A stretch of 64,000 nt of DNA from Candidatus Latescibacterota bacterium (GCA_965206595.1 OZ242214.1:1408001-1472000); one strand, 5' to 3'. Positions 31,435 through 41,757 are shown, counted from the first letter of the stretch. A program made the numbers and translations. Notes: generated by a model from the letters alone, not told the origin.

Positions 31435-33201
31435 TCAATCGTCGAAGACGCCTACGGTGGTGCGGCCCTCGGCGAACCGCATCGCCGTGGTCGTGGCCGA
31501 TCCGCTCTCCGCGTTGGTGCGGATGTCGGTGGCGTAGCGGGCGAGGGCGACCAGCAGCTGGGGCCTCGAGGGATGTCCGCACCCGGCCGCAGGGTCACCG
31601 GAGCCGCCCGCCTCCCACTCCTCCGAGATGGTGCGCAGCGTGGGCAGCAGCTGCGGCCCTGTGTCGTTCCAGAGAATCAGTCGCCCTAGCTCATGGAGAA
31701 GCCGACTGCCGTCGAAACCGGCATGCAGATAGGCGTGGACCTGGTCGCCGACTTGGGCGACCTGCAGGGTTTCCACCGAGCCGGTGATGGCGGCGATGCC
31801 GGCCTCCTCGGTTGCCCAGGCGTGCTCCCGCGCCGGCTCCGGGGTTGCGCTCAGGGGGTGCCTTGAGATGTTGAGCCAGCGATCGTCGAACAGCTGCCAG
31901 GCGAGGTGAAACAGACCCATGACGGCGACGCGATCTCCAGCTTCGGCCTGAGCGGTTCGCAGCGACCGGGCGAGATTCAGTTCCTGGGTCAGACACCCCC
32001 AGCCGGCATCGACGTTGACGGGAGTTCGGGCCATGCGGTCGGCGGCGAGCAGGACAAAGGTGGTGATCAGGCGTTCCAGGCGGACCCCGGAGGCCAGGGC
32101 CGTGGCGACCCCGTCGAAAGAGCGATCGATGTCGACGCTCAACAGCGCTTCAACCAGGGCATCTTCGTCGTATTCGATCCGGGTGCGATCGCTTTCCGCG
32201 GCGCTGTCGATCGCCTGTCTGAGGGAGATCATCTTGTCGATGGCGTCCCGCTTGAACAGCTGCGGCTCGCCCCGCCGCTGGCCGACGGTCTTGGAGCCGA
32301 GATTCAGGGTGAGCTCGGAGGCCGCTTCCCAGCCGAAGGATTGGGTCAGCTCGGTCAGGTACCCCAGGGTCTGGAGATTGTCGCTGAATCCGAGAAAGCC
32401 GGGCTGCGCGGCGCATTCGTACAGCAGCGGAAGGATGCGGCCCTCGTCCCCCTTGAGCCGCGCGGTGAAAAGGCACCTCTCGATGCGGTTATCCTGGCCG
32501 TTGCGGGAGAAGAGCCGCACCCAACTGGCGATGCGGTCCCAGGTGACCGGCTCCGGCAGGACGACCACCTCGAGGCGCTCCGACGCTTCCCCGGCGACGC
32601 AGGTGGCCGCGGTGGCCAGCGCCATCAGGCGGTCCTCGCCGTCGTAGCGGCGGCCGATGGCTATCCCGTTGACGAAGCGGGCGAGATCGACGCCGGCGCC
32701 GGCGCCCCGCGAGCTGGCAACGTGTCTGCCGAAATGCCTGAGGATGACGGCGACGATGTCGCTTTCCGGTACCCGTCCGCGCAGCATCAGGGCCATGGCC
32801 TTGGAGATCGTCCAGCGGTCCTCGTGCAGTAGTCCTTCACGCAGCAGCCGCAGGTGCTGCTCCCTGCGGCGGTAGGCCCCATCTCCCGGGCGAATCCAGA
32901 CCTCCTCGCCGCGAACCTCTACGGGAAACACCTCGAGGTCGTCGCACATGTTGTTGAAACAGCCGCCCCCCTCGAGGTCGAAGCGGCGTCCGTGCCAGTC
33001 GCAGGTGAGAACGCCGTTGCGGATCGCCCCGCGCGTCAGCGGGTATCCCATGTGGGGACACTGGTTGTCGGTGGCGTAAATGCGGCCCTCGACGTTGAAT
33101 AGGGCGATGCTGCGCCCTTGGCCGACCCGGACGGCCTTGGCGCCTCCCGGTTCTATCTCTTTCAAAGCCGCTACTCTGGTCCAACCGTTTGCCGTTGCCA
33201 T
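31435..33201 (-). CDS. Rieske [2Fe-2S] ferredoxin domain fused to a ~470-aa helical domain (paralogue A)
   Basis: DNQCPHMGYPL...TCDWHG; colinear with paralogue B. Confidence 0.88.
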   Translation of the reverse strand: MATANGWTRVAALKEIEPGGAKAVRVGQGRSIALFNVEGRIYATDNQCPHMGYPLTRGAIRNGVLTCDWHGRRFDLEGGGCFNNMCDDLEVFPVEVRGEEVWIRPGDGAYRRREQHLRLLREGLLHEDRWTISKAMALMLRGRVPESDIVAVILRHFGRHVASSRGAGAGVDLARFVNGIAIGRRYDGEDRLMALATAATCVAGEASERLEVVVLPEPVTWDRIASWVRLFSRNGQDNRIERCLFTARLKGDEGRILPLLYECAAQPGFLGFSDNLQTLGYLTELTQSFGWEAASELTLNLGSKTVGQRRGEPQLFKRDAIDKMISLRQAIDSAAESDRTRIEYDEDALVEALLSVDIDRSFDGVATALASGVRLERLITTFVLLAADRMARTPVNVDAGWGCLTQELNLARSLRTAQAEAGDRVAVMGLFHLAWQLFDDRWLNISRHPLSATPEPAREHAWATEEAGIAAITGSVETLQVAQVGDQVHAYLHAGFDGSRLLHELGRLILWNDTGPQLLPTLRTISEEWEAGGSGDPAAGCGHPSRPQLLVALARYATDIRTNAESGSATTTAMRFAEGRTTVGVFDD

Positions 33202-33248
33202 TTCCTATTTCGATTTGTCGAGGCAGTGCCGGGATTGCCCGCCGGGGA

Positions 33249-34157
33249 TCACCGGGCCGCCTTGACCCCGGGCATGGCCGGGACGTAGGACTGCCGGCGC
33301 CGATTTCCCGATGTCCATGCGGCGTCGGCGGGGTGGTGCTCCTCAAGCCATTCCCGCAGCGGGGCTTCGCCCTTTTCTGGCGCGTACGCGCTGTTGTTGC
33401 TCGGGTTGTCGCGGAGCAGCTGCCGCCGGATCGAGTCGAGCCCTGGGTAGAGGTGTTGGACGGTCATGTCGTCCTTGGGCAGCAGCCAGCGGTAGCTGTA
33501 GCCCATCATCAGCATCTTGCGCGTCTCGTGCCAGCTGTTGACGCTGCGGCTGTGCCAGATGCGGCGGTCGATGATGACGGAGGTGCCGGGCGGCACGCAC
33601 AGGGGAATCGCCCCCTCCGGGCTGGAGCGGCCGTCTTCGGGAACGTCGATTTCGTCGTGCAGGTGCGATCCCGGGACGATAAGTGTGTTGCCGCGGCCGG
33701 TCCCGGACATGTCGCTGACGAAGAAGAAGACTTTGATGGAAAGCCGTGGGCGCGGCGTCGCCTCGATTTCGTCGTTAACCCGCATGCTGTCCTGGTGCCA
33801 GGCCACGGTGGGGCCCGATCGCCGCCGGTCCGGGTCGCCCGGGGGGGTCACCAACAGGCCGGAGTGGTAGATGCAGATGTTCCAGCCGAGTATTCCCCAG
33901 ACCTTGGGGAAGGTGGTCTCCCAGTCGATCAGGTCGAGAAACAGGGGGTTCTGGCCGATGATGTCGGGAATGTCGATGGGGTCGTGCGGCCCGAATCCAT
34001 AGGCGCGCTGCTTTGCGGCGACCAGGCGGTCACAGGCATGCCGGAGGGCCTCGGTGCGGTCGGACGGCAGGGCGTCCGGAACGACGAGGTAGCCCTGTTC
34101 CTCGAACTCGGCGCGCTCCGAATCGGTCAGGCAATGGGCCAGGCAGGAGGGAGTCAT
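33249..34157 (-). CDS. PhyH-family dioxygenase
   Basis: FEEQGY, WHQD, VPGSH, WHSRS.N. Confidence 0.92.
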   Translation of the reverse strand: MTPSCLAHCLTDSERAEFEEQGYLVVPDALPSDRTEALRHACDRLVAAKQRAYGFGPHDPIDIPDIIGQNPLFLDLIDWETTFPKVWGILGWNICIYHSGLLVTPPGDPDRRRSGPTVAWHQDSMRVNDEIEATPRPRLSIKVFFFVSDMSGTGRGNTLIVPGSHLHDEIDVPEDGRSSPEGAIPLCVPPGTSVIIDRRIWHSRSVNSWHETRKMLMMGYSYRWLLPKDDMTVQHLYPGLDSIRRQLLRDNPSNNSAYAPEKGEAPLREWLEEHHPADAAWTSGNRRRQSYVPAMPGVKAAR

Positions 34158-34393
34158 GAGCAGAAAGATAGAACCGGGGACGGCCTATCCAAATAGTGTC
34201 AGGGGCAGGGATGCGAGGGCAAGCAGGGCGATGGCCAGGACCCGGAGGTAGCATCCCTTCGCGACTGTCGGCGTGCCATCAGGCGGTCGACACCTTACCA
34301 TGATCGCCGCCGGTCCATGCCGCTACAGGCTAGTCCAAAACAGGGCAGGAATGAAACAACTTGGAATGCGGGGGAAACAGTGGTACCGTTATG

Positions 34394-35566
34394 CTAGTGT
34401 CCTGTCGTATAATTAACTGTACAAACAATTGAAGGTGCCGTAGGTTTCTCTTATCCCCTTTCTGAAAGGAGAGACCTATGGTGACGGGGCGTCCATTACC
34501 GCCGTTAGAGCTGAGTCCGTCGGACCGGGAACGATTGGAATCGATGGCCAAATCCCGGAGCCTTTCCCACGGGTTGGTGCGGCGAGCCGAGATTAGTCTG
34601 CTGGCCGCAGAAGGCTGGCCCAATGAAGCCGTCGCCGCCGCCGTGGGTGTGACGCGTGCTACGGTCGGCAAGTGGCGCCGGCGCTTTCTCGAAAACGGGC
34701 TCCCGGGCTTGCATGATGAGCTGCGCTCAGGGGCGCCACGATCGAGTACGGATGAACAGGTAGCCGAGGTGGTATACAAGACCCTGAAGACCAAGCCCAA
34801 AGACGAAACACAGTGGTCGGTGCGCTCCATGGGCGAAGAAACCGGCTTGACCAAGGACGCGGTTCATCGCATTTGGCGCACGTATGGTTTGCAGCCCCAT
34901 CGACACAAGCACTTCACGCTTTCCACCGATCCTTTCTTTGTCGACAAAGTACGGGATATCGTCGGCTTGTACCTGAATCCCCCCGAGCACGCCCTGGTGC
35001 TGTGCGTCGACGAGAAGAGCCGGATCCAGGCGTTGGAACGAAGTCAGCCCATGCTGCCCCTGGGACTGGGATACGTGGAAGGGATTACGCACGATTACAA
35101 GCGCCATGGCACCACCACCCTGTTTGCCGCCTTGGACGTAGCCACCGGGGAAGTGATGACCCAGTGCAAGCCCCGTCATCGTCACCAGGAGTTCCTTCAG
35201 TTCCTGCGCCACATCGAGGCCCACGTCCCCGCTGACCTCGATATTCATCTCGTCGTCGACAACTACGCCACGCATAAGCATGCCAAGGTCAAGCGATGGT
35301 TGGCACGGCGTCCCCGATTTCACGTTCACTACACCCCCACCTATGCTTCGTGGCTCAATCAGGTGGAGATCTGGTTCAATATCCTTACCCGCCAGGCGGT
35401 TCGCCGGGACTCGTTCCGCAAGGTGTCGGAGCTCATCGAGCGCATCGAACGCTACACGGCCAAATGGAACGCCAACGCACACCCTTTCGTGTGGACGGCT
35501 ACGGCCGATTCCATCCTCGCGAAAATCAAGAGACTTTGCGAACGAATCTCTGCGACACAACACTAG
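34394..35566 (+). mobile_element. Intact IS630-family insertion sequence
   Basis: Bounded by CTAG at both ends (TA target); imperfect terminal inverted repeats CTAGTGTcctGTCG / CGACacaACACTAG. Confidence 0.95.
34478..35566 (+). CDS. IS630-family transposase
   Basis: HTH region, [30 protein letters not shown]; AAGGAG RBS. Confidence 0.96.
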   Translation: MVTGRPLPPLELSPSDRERLESMAKSRSLSHGLVRRAEISLLAAEGWPNEAVAAAVGVTRATVGKWRRRFLENGLPGLHDELRSGAPRSSTDEQVAEVVYKTLKTKPKDETQWSVRSMGEETGLTKDAVHRIWRTYGLQPHRHKHFTLSTDPFFVDKVRDIVGLYLNPPEHALVLCVDEKSRIQALERSQPMLPLGLGYVEGITHDYKRHGTTTLFAALDVATGEVMTQCKPRHRHQEFLQFLRHIEAHVPADLDIHLVVDNYATHKHAKVKRWLARRPRFHVHYTPTYASWLNQVEIWFNILTRQAVRRDSFRKVSELIERIERYTAKWNANAHPFVWTATADSILAKIKRLCERISATQH

Positions 35567-35596
35567 ATGGTATCCTCTCTTCAAGGAGGTAAACTC

Positions 35597-36082
35597 ATGG
35601 AGAAGCGGATGCTGATGGCAGGCGTCGCTCTCGCCTTCGCGAGCGCGGCCTGGGGGCAGTGCCCGAGTTCCGACGTTCTGGCGCCATCCCAGGCCACCGT
35701 CCAACCCTACGGAAGCCACCAGGATCAGTTCATGCTGGTTTCGTGGGAGTCGGTCGAAGACGCAACGCGTTACACGATTTACTGGGAGATTTTCGTCGAC
35801 TACCAGGTCGGTCCCAGTGGAGAGGTCGTCGAGCTCGACGAGCCACGGGTTTCCTTCGTGCCGCTGGGGACGGTGGATGCCCTGCTCGACAGCGAGATGC
35901 AGCGCGCGGTCTTTGGGACCGGGGATTCCGAGCCCACGGGCTGGGGCGTCACCGCCGACATGGATGTCCACGGCGAGTGGGTTTCGTCGCCGATGACGAC
36001 TGCAAGCCTGGTCGTTCCCGAGACCACCACCGCTGTCGAAGCGGTGAGTTGGGCGGAGGTCAAGGCGACGGCCGCCGAGTAG
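35597..36082 (+). CDS. Secreted hypothetical protein with C-terminal TAVEAVSWAEVK motif
   Basis: AAGGAGGT RBS, signal peptide ending AWG, beta-rich body, short conserved-looking tail. Confidence 0.8.
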   Translation: MEKRMLMAGVALAFASAAWGQCPSSDVLAPSQATVQPYGSHQDQFMLVSWESVEDATRYTIYWEIFVDYQVGPSGEVVELDEPRVSFVPLGTVDALLDSEMQRAVFGTGDSEPTGWGVTADMDVHGEWVSSPMTTASLVVPETTTAVEAVSWAEVKATAAE

Positions 36083-36106
36083 GCACCTGCCACATCAGAA
36101 GTTCCG

Positions 36107-36140
36107 ACCCCGTCGAGCCATGCTCGGCGGGGTTTTTTTT
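36107..36140 (+). terminator. Rho-independent terminator
   Basis: ACCCCGTCGAGC-CAT-GCTCGGCGGGGT followed by a T-run, between convergent genes. Confidence 0.88.
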
Positions 36141-37943
36141 ACATGCCGAGTGCCCTGGCCCCGGTCCGGGTCAGGCGAGCCGAGGTCCACTCCGGCTCCC
36201 AGGTAAAGTCGACGATGCACTGGCGTACCCCGTCCACGGCGAGCACGCGGTCGCGGATCGGGTTGCCGATGAATTGGTACTTCGGGCGGCCGCGGTGCGG
36301 CATCGTCATCAGGATCCTGGCCACTCCGTCGTCGACCCGCAGATCGTAGATGTACCCCATGTCGACCACGTTGCTGTCGATCGCCATCAGCTGATCGTCT
36401 TCGACCTGGCGCAGGGCCTCCCATACAGAGCGTTTGAGCGCATGGTCGGCGGCGCCGGCATGGGTCAGGCCGGTCTCGCCCGGGCGCCCCAACCTTCCGT
36501 TGGCGGTTGCCTTCACCTCAGGTAGCTCTCCTTCCGAAACCGAAAGCGGGTTCAGCAGACGACGGCGCAGGTCCTGTACCATTTCGCGGCCGTTCTCCTC
36601 CGGGTAGTGCGAGGCGAAGTATGCGTTCTTTGAAAGAGCGCCGACCCCTCCTGCAAATCCGTCCTGCCGTGGATGGGGGCGCGGCACCAGATCTGGCCGC
36701 GGCCGAAATAGCTGAGGTTGGGAGGACCGCTGTGGTTCAGGGGGCCGCAGTTTTTCGACCGATGCTCCAGCCAAAGGGCTATGAAAGCGTCGCGGCTTTC
36801 GCGGCGGAAGAACCCGACGCCCCATTGGTCGTTCTCGTGGGAAACTGGCACTTCCCCTTCGTGCAGAATCCCCTCGCGGTCGATCCAGACGGAGTCGCTG
36901 AACGGCATCCCGTAGAACAGCCACTCGTCGTCGCGCACCACGTTGGTCTCGAAGCGCGCCAGCGCATCCATGCGGCTCTCCTTGAGGAACCAGGGGAGCC
37001 CGGCGTAGAAGGTGTAGGTCAGGTCCATGTGCAGCCGGCTCGGCGTAAACACCGGGTGCAGGGAAGAGCGAGGAAACCCCCAGCGGCGCACCTGCACGCA
37101 CAAGGGGCCGCGAATCACCTCGTAGTTCGGGCAGCGGGACCACCCGGTTACGCGAAATTTTTGGTAGTTGCCGGAGCCCATGTAGTCGTGGCCCCAGTCG
37201 ATTCCCGGAGGTTCGCCGTGCCCTTCTCCCCCGGTGTACAGCTCCAAGGGGGCGCCGTAGGGCACGATCCCGAAGCCGCGTCTGAACTGCAGCCGCTGCA
37301 GCTGGCCGTTCTGGGCGGAAAGGTGGGCGGTGAAGTGGTTGCTGGCGATGCTGAGGCCGAACTCCTCGCCGCTGACCGCCAAGTCGGTAGGGTACTCCGG
37401 CAACTCGGCGTCGCGGTTGCCGTACAGAATCAGGTACCGGCCGCGGCTGTTGGCCGGCAGATCGACCTGGAGCAGCAGCCGGCAGCTTCGCACCTCGCCG
37501 TCGAACACCTCCCGACAGACCTGGCTCGGCACCTCGCGCAGGGTCCCGCTTTCGTCATCGATCCTGGCGACGCGAAGCTCGCGTCGCAGATCGGTTACCT
37601 GGTCGGCAGCAAATTCGACGACGCTCTCGACAGGCTCCCTCGATCTTTCCAGGCCGGCGCTCTCGGCGATCTCCAGGACCTTGTAGAAGGCCCATCCCCG
37701 CGCCCAGTCCTCCCACGGGTCCGGCAGCCCCGCCACGCGCCCGAAGCTCGAAGCCGGGGAGGGGGCCGCTTCGCCGCTGCCATGGCCGGACAGGTGCCGC
37801 TGGCGTTCGAAGGTCAGCGTCTCCTTGATCGACTCGGCCAGCGACATGGCGACATCGATGTTGCCCTCCCGGTGTGCAGTCTCCAGGAGGCGCAATTTCA
37901 CCTCGACGCTGTCGGTACGGTGCCGGTATTCGGTCTCTGGCAT
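36139..37943 (-). CDS. Large beta-rich domain fused to a C-terminal SufT/DUF59-like domain, one frameshift near 36630
   Basis: Frame 1 MPETEY...GSALFQ continues in frame 2 as KNAYF...VWEALRQVED..VVDMGYIY...FTWEPEWT. Restoring one A in an A-run joins them. Confidence 0.75.
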
Positions 37944-38065
37944 TCTTCTTTCTCCTGTTCGGATCTCCGGCCGGCCGGCTGTCCGGCCTGGCACCTGGGC
38001 CGATCGCTTCAACGCAGTGGCAGGAAATGTCGGCAGAATCGAACCAGTCCCGGTCTCGGGGCTGG

Positions 38066-39097
38066 CTACGACTGCATGCAGGCCTCTGCTTCGGCTACGT
38101 CGTCGGCGCTGCCGATTATCAGGGGAGTGCGTTGGTGGAGGCTGTCCGGCACCAGGTCGAGTATGCGCGTGGTTCCGGTCGAGGCGCATCCGCCGGCCTG
38201 CTCGACGACGAAAGCCAGCGGTGCCGCCTCGTACAGCAGCCGCAGCTTGCCGCTTTCCGATTCGCGATCGCCCGGGTAGAGAAAGATCCCCCCCTTGAGC
38301 AGGTTGCGATGGAAATCGGACACCAGGGAACCGATGTAGCGCCCCGAGTAGGGGCGGCCCCTGGGCTTGTCGTTGGCCTTCAGGCTGCTGATGTAGTTTC
38401 GGACTCCGGGAAACCACTTGTCGGCGTTTCCCTCGTTGACGCTGTAGATCTTGCCTCGAGAGGGGATGCGGATTTTCTGGTGGGAGAGCAGGAACTCGCC
38501 GAGGGTCGGGTCGAGGGTGAATCCGTGGGTTCCCCTCCCGGTTGTGTAAACGAGCATCGTGCTCGAACCGTAGATGATGTAGCCGGCGCACACCTGGTCG
38601 GTACCCCGCATGAGGAAGTCCCTTTCGGTGGGGCGCCGCCTTCTCCCTTTGCGCCTGTGGCGGTAGATGGAGAATATCGTGCCGATGCTGACGTTGACGT
38701 CGATGTTGGAAGAGCCGTCCACGGGATCGAAGACGAGGAGGTAATCGCCGCTTGGATGCCTGGCGGGGATGGTGTAGACGTCGTCCATCTCCTCGGACGC
38801 CATGCCGGCCAGGTGGCCCGTGTGGTCGGTGGCATGGATTATCGTGGAATTGGCGAACTCGTCCATGTGCTTGACTTCCTCGCCGTGGACGTTGACGCGT
38901 CCGGTCAGGCCCATCACCTGCGCCAACCCCGCCTTGTTGACTTCGCGGGCGATCAGTTTTCCGGCAATGGCCAGGGCCAGCAACAGCTCGGAGAATCCTC
39001 CCCTGGCCTCGGGGAACCGGCGCTGCTCTTCCGTAATGAACCGGTGGAGGGTGGTCCCTCTTTCCATGCCGGGGAGTGGATCGGATGAAGTCGTCAT
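38066..39097 (-). CDS. fbp: Class 1 fructose-1,6-bisphosphatase
   Basis: ASEE, FDPVDGSSNIDVN, RYIGSLVSDFHR, GKLRLLYEA. Confidence 0.96.
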   Translation of the reverse strand: MTTSSDPLPGMERGTTLHRFITEEQRRFPEARGGFSELLLALAIAGKLIAREVNKAGLAQVMGLTGRVNVHGEEVKHMDEFANSTIIHATDHTGHLAGMASEEMDDVYTIPARHPSGDYLLVFDPVDGSSNIDVNVSIGTIFSIYRHRRKGRRRRPTERDFLMRGTDQVCAGYIIYGSSTMLVYTTGRGTHGFTLDPTLGEFLLSHQKIRIPSRGKIYSVNEGNADKWFPGVRNYISSLKANDKPRGRPYSGRYIGSLVSDFHRNLLKGGIFLYPGDRESESGKLRLLYEAAPLAFVVEQAGGCASTGTTRILDLVPDSLHQRTPLIIGSADDVAEAEACMQS

Positions 39098-39205
39098 CTG
39101 TGGGGTGCCCTTCTTGCCGAACATAAAGGGGTTGCCGCAGGTGCGGTCAAGGCGGATCCGCCTGGAGTGGGCATTCCTCAATCTTCAGGAATTCGCGTCC
39201 CCAGG

Positions 39206-40219
39206 CTACAGCTCCGCGGCAAGAACCCACATCGGATTCTCTCCCACCTCGTAGCTGTCGAGGAAAGCGAGCTCCCCCGAACCGCGGTCGATTCCATACG
39301 CCGACATCCTGCCGCTGTCGACGCCGGCTGCGAAGACGAACTTCCCTAGCGGGTCGATGTCGAACCCGCGCACGTGGGGTTCGGTCGGGACGCGACAGAT
39401 GAGGGTGAGTTCCCCGGAAACCGGATCGATGGCGAAGCAGGCAACCGAATCGTGGCCGCGGTTGGGAGCGTAGAGGAACTTCCCCGAAGGGTGAACTCGC
39501 AGCTGCGAGGTGGTGTTCCCGCCCCGGTCGAAATCGGCGGGCAAGGTCGAGATCGTCTGAAAGGGTGGCGACAGGCGGCCGTCCTCCGCAACGCGGTATG
39601 CCGAAATGCTGCTCCCCTGCTCATCGGTCGTGTACATCACCTCGAGACGGGGATGGAAGCGGATGTGCCGCGGGCCGGTCCTCGCAGGGGGGACGAGGAC
39701 GCCGAGATCCTGCAGCGCGATCTCGCCGGTCTCGCCGTCGTAGGTGTACTGGAAGATGGCGTTCTGGGTAATGCAGTGGGGAACGTACACGTACCGGTTG
39801 TTGGGGTGTACCTGGACCGAATGCGCTCCCCGAATCGAATGGACCGTACAGGCCGCGGGGGCGATCAGGGCCCCGTCTTCTCCGACGCGATAGCTGCTCG
39901 CACGGGCGCCACCGTTGCTCGAGGTGAGCATGAACCTGCCGGTGGCGTCGGAAGTCGCGTACACGGAATCCGACTCTTCGGCGATGGTTCCGAGAAGATC
40001 CAGGGATCCGTCGCGCGGGTCGATGGCAAAGCTCGCGAACCGGCTGGCCCTGCGCTGGACCACGTAGAGGACCCGTTTTCCCGGCTCGATGGCGATGGCA
40101 GCAGGTCCACCTCCAAGGGGGGTCTGGTGAGCCAGGTCGAGGGCGCCGGTTTCACCATCCATGGAGTAGGCGGCGACCCTGTCCTCATCCATGATCGAGA
40201 CGTATATGTAGCAGGCCAT
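39206..40219 (-). CDS. Lactonase family 7-bladed beta-propeller (6-phosphogluconolactonase-like)
   Basis: AHS, GPRHIRFHP, NRGHDS, FDIDPLG repeats. Confidence 0.88.
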   Translation of the reverse strand: MACYIYVSIMDEDRVAAYSMDGETGALDLAHQTPLGGGPAAIAIEPGKRVLYVVQRRASRFASFAIDPRDGSLDLLGTIAEESDSVYATSDATGRFMLTSSNGGARASSYRVGEDGALIAPAACTVHSIRGAHSVQVHPNNRYVYVPHCITQNAIFQYTYDGETGEIALQDLGVLVPPARTGPRHIRFHPRLEVMYTTDEQGSSISAYRVAEDGRLSPPFQTISTLPADFDRGGNTTSQLRVHPSGKFLYAPNRGHDSVACFAIDPVSGELTLICRVPTEPHVRGFDIDPLGKFVFAAGVDSGRMSAYGIDRGSGELAFLDSYEVGENPMWVLAAEL

Positions 40220-40249
40220 CCTGTCTCCTCTGGTTTGGGTATGGGTTGT

Positions 40250-40834
40250 CCAGGGCAACCTACGGGAATCCTTCTCCTGCGACCAACGCCGCGGGTGGAG
40301 CCTCGCGACCCCGTCCCTGGGGATCGGCTCGCATGCGGTAGAAATCCCTTATATCCGGATGCCAGGTACAGGATGGGTTGCGACCACGGGCGCTCCCTTT
40401 CCCTCGATGCCCACAAACACGGGCCTGGAGGGAAAGGGAGCGGAACGCGCTCTACCTGCCGACACCGTACTACACTCCCGGCGGCCGTGAATGGGAGGAA
40501 CTCGACCCCGTGCTGCCTGCCGGCTTCGACCCGGAGGGGCCGGCGGAGTTCGAGGATTTCTGATTTGGGGAAGAGTACGTGTCAGCTCCCGACGAGGGGG
40601 CGGGACCACGAATGCAGCGGTGGCGAAGGACTGCACGTGTTGAAGATCATCATGGGGCTGTTCGAGTCTGCCGCATACGGCCGTCGAATGGAAATGCCGC
40701 AGAAACCGGAGTCATCCCCTGCTGCGCTGGCGCCGGGAACACGGCCTCGGCGATCCAGGACCGTGCCGAGAGACTACGGGGAGTGGCTGGCGGTCGAGGA
40801 TGAACGACTTGCCGGGAAGAGCCCGAACGCGTAA
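40250..40834 (+). pseudogene. Decayed C-terminal part of a Gfo/Idh/MocA-like oxidoreductase
   Basis: RDHECSGGEGLHVLKIIMGLFESAAYGRRMEMPQ resembles the family C-terminal helix; upstream sequence is broken by stops and frameshifts. Confidence 0.55.
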
Positions 40835-40890
40835 GTCCGGGTTCGTACCGAGGGGGCGGATGCCCCCGTAGCCACTGACAGCTGGGGGGA

Positions 40891-41757
40891 TCAGGCTGCT
40901 TCGGACAGGTTCTCCGGCATGTTCTCGAGCCTCGTCATCCAATAGTGGGCGTCGAAATTCCCGTCGCCGGTCAGAAATCGCCACAGCTTGATCCTGTTGA
41001 CGATCTCGAGACGCCCGTCGGCCGCCTCGAACCAGGGCTCCTGCCGGTTGAGGATCGTCGGGATGCTGTCCTCTCTGTGGCTCGAACCGCCGTAGATGAT
41101 TTCCGGCCCTCCCCCTTCATCGAGGTCATCGGTGTTCCACAGTCGCAGCTGCCGCACCGTGGGGTTCAGGCGGATCTTGAACATGTAACGGACCCGGTCG
41201 GTCTTGTTCTGCCGGCCGCAGTGCCAGATGCCGTGGTGGACGACCGCCAGGGTGCCCGCTTTGCACACCATCGGCAGCTGTCCGAGGAAGTTCTGGTAGC
41301 GGCCGACGTCGAGCTCGTTGACGCGGCGGAAATGGCTTCCCGGAAGCAGCATGGTGCCGCCCATTTCCAACGGCACGTCGTGGGGGAAGTACATCAACTG
41401 GATGTCGAAGTGCATGCGCATGTCGATGATCGAGTCGCCGTGCAGCCCCTGGGCATGGCCTTCGTTCGGCTGGCGGACGTGAACGGCCTGATGGTCGAAC
41501 AGGGGGTCTTCTCCGACCAGGCTCTGGATGATCCCGTGTATTTCCGGCATCCTCAGCATCTTTCCGACAGGAGAGGGGTCGGGGTAGCATTTCGACAACG
41601 GGGTGCCGGCGGGTTGGCTGTCGATGCCGCCGCCGTCGATCTCGGCGATCACCGCCCGATTGATCTCCCCGGGTACGATCTCGTCCAACTGAAGCACGCC
41701 GCGGGCCACGAATTCAGCCATCTGACTCGAGTTGAGCAGGTACTTTTTTTCGACCAT
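40891..41757 (-). CDS. PhyH-family dioxygenase
   Basis: FVARG, LHGD, LPGSH, IWHCG; TGATG overlap with the upstream gene. Confidence 0.88.
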   Translation of the reverse strand: MVEKKYLLNSSQMAEFVARGVLQLDEIVPGEINRAVIAEIDGGGIDSQPAGTPLSKCYPDPSPVGKMLRMPEIHGIIQSLVGEDPLFDHQAVHVRQPNEGHAQGLHGDSIIDMRMHFDIQLMYFPHDVPLEMGGTMLLPGSHFRRVNELDVGRYQNFLGQLPMVCKAGTLAVVHHGIWHCGRQNKTDRVRYMFKIRLNPTVRQLRLWNTDDLDEGGGPEIIYGGSSHREDSIPTILNRQEPWFEAADGRLEIVNRIKLWRFLTGDGNFDAHYWMTRLENMPENLSEAA

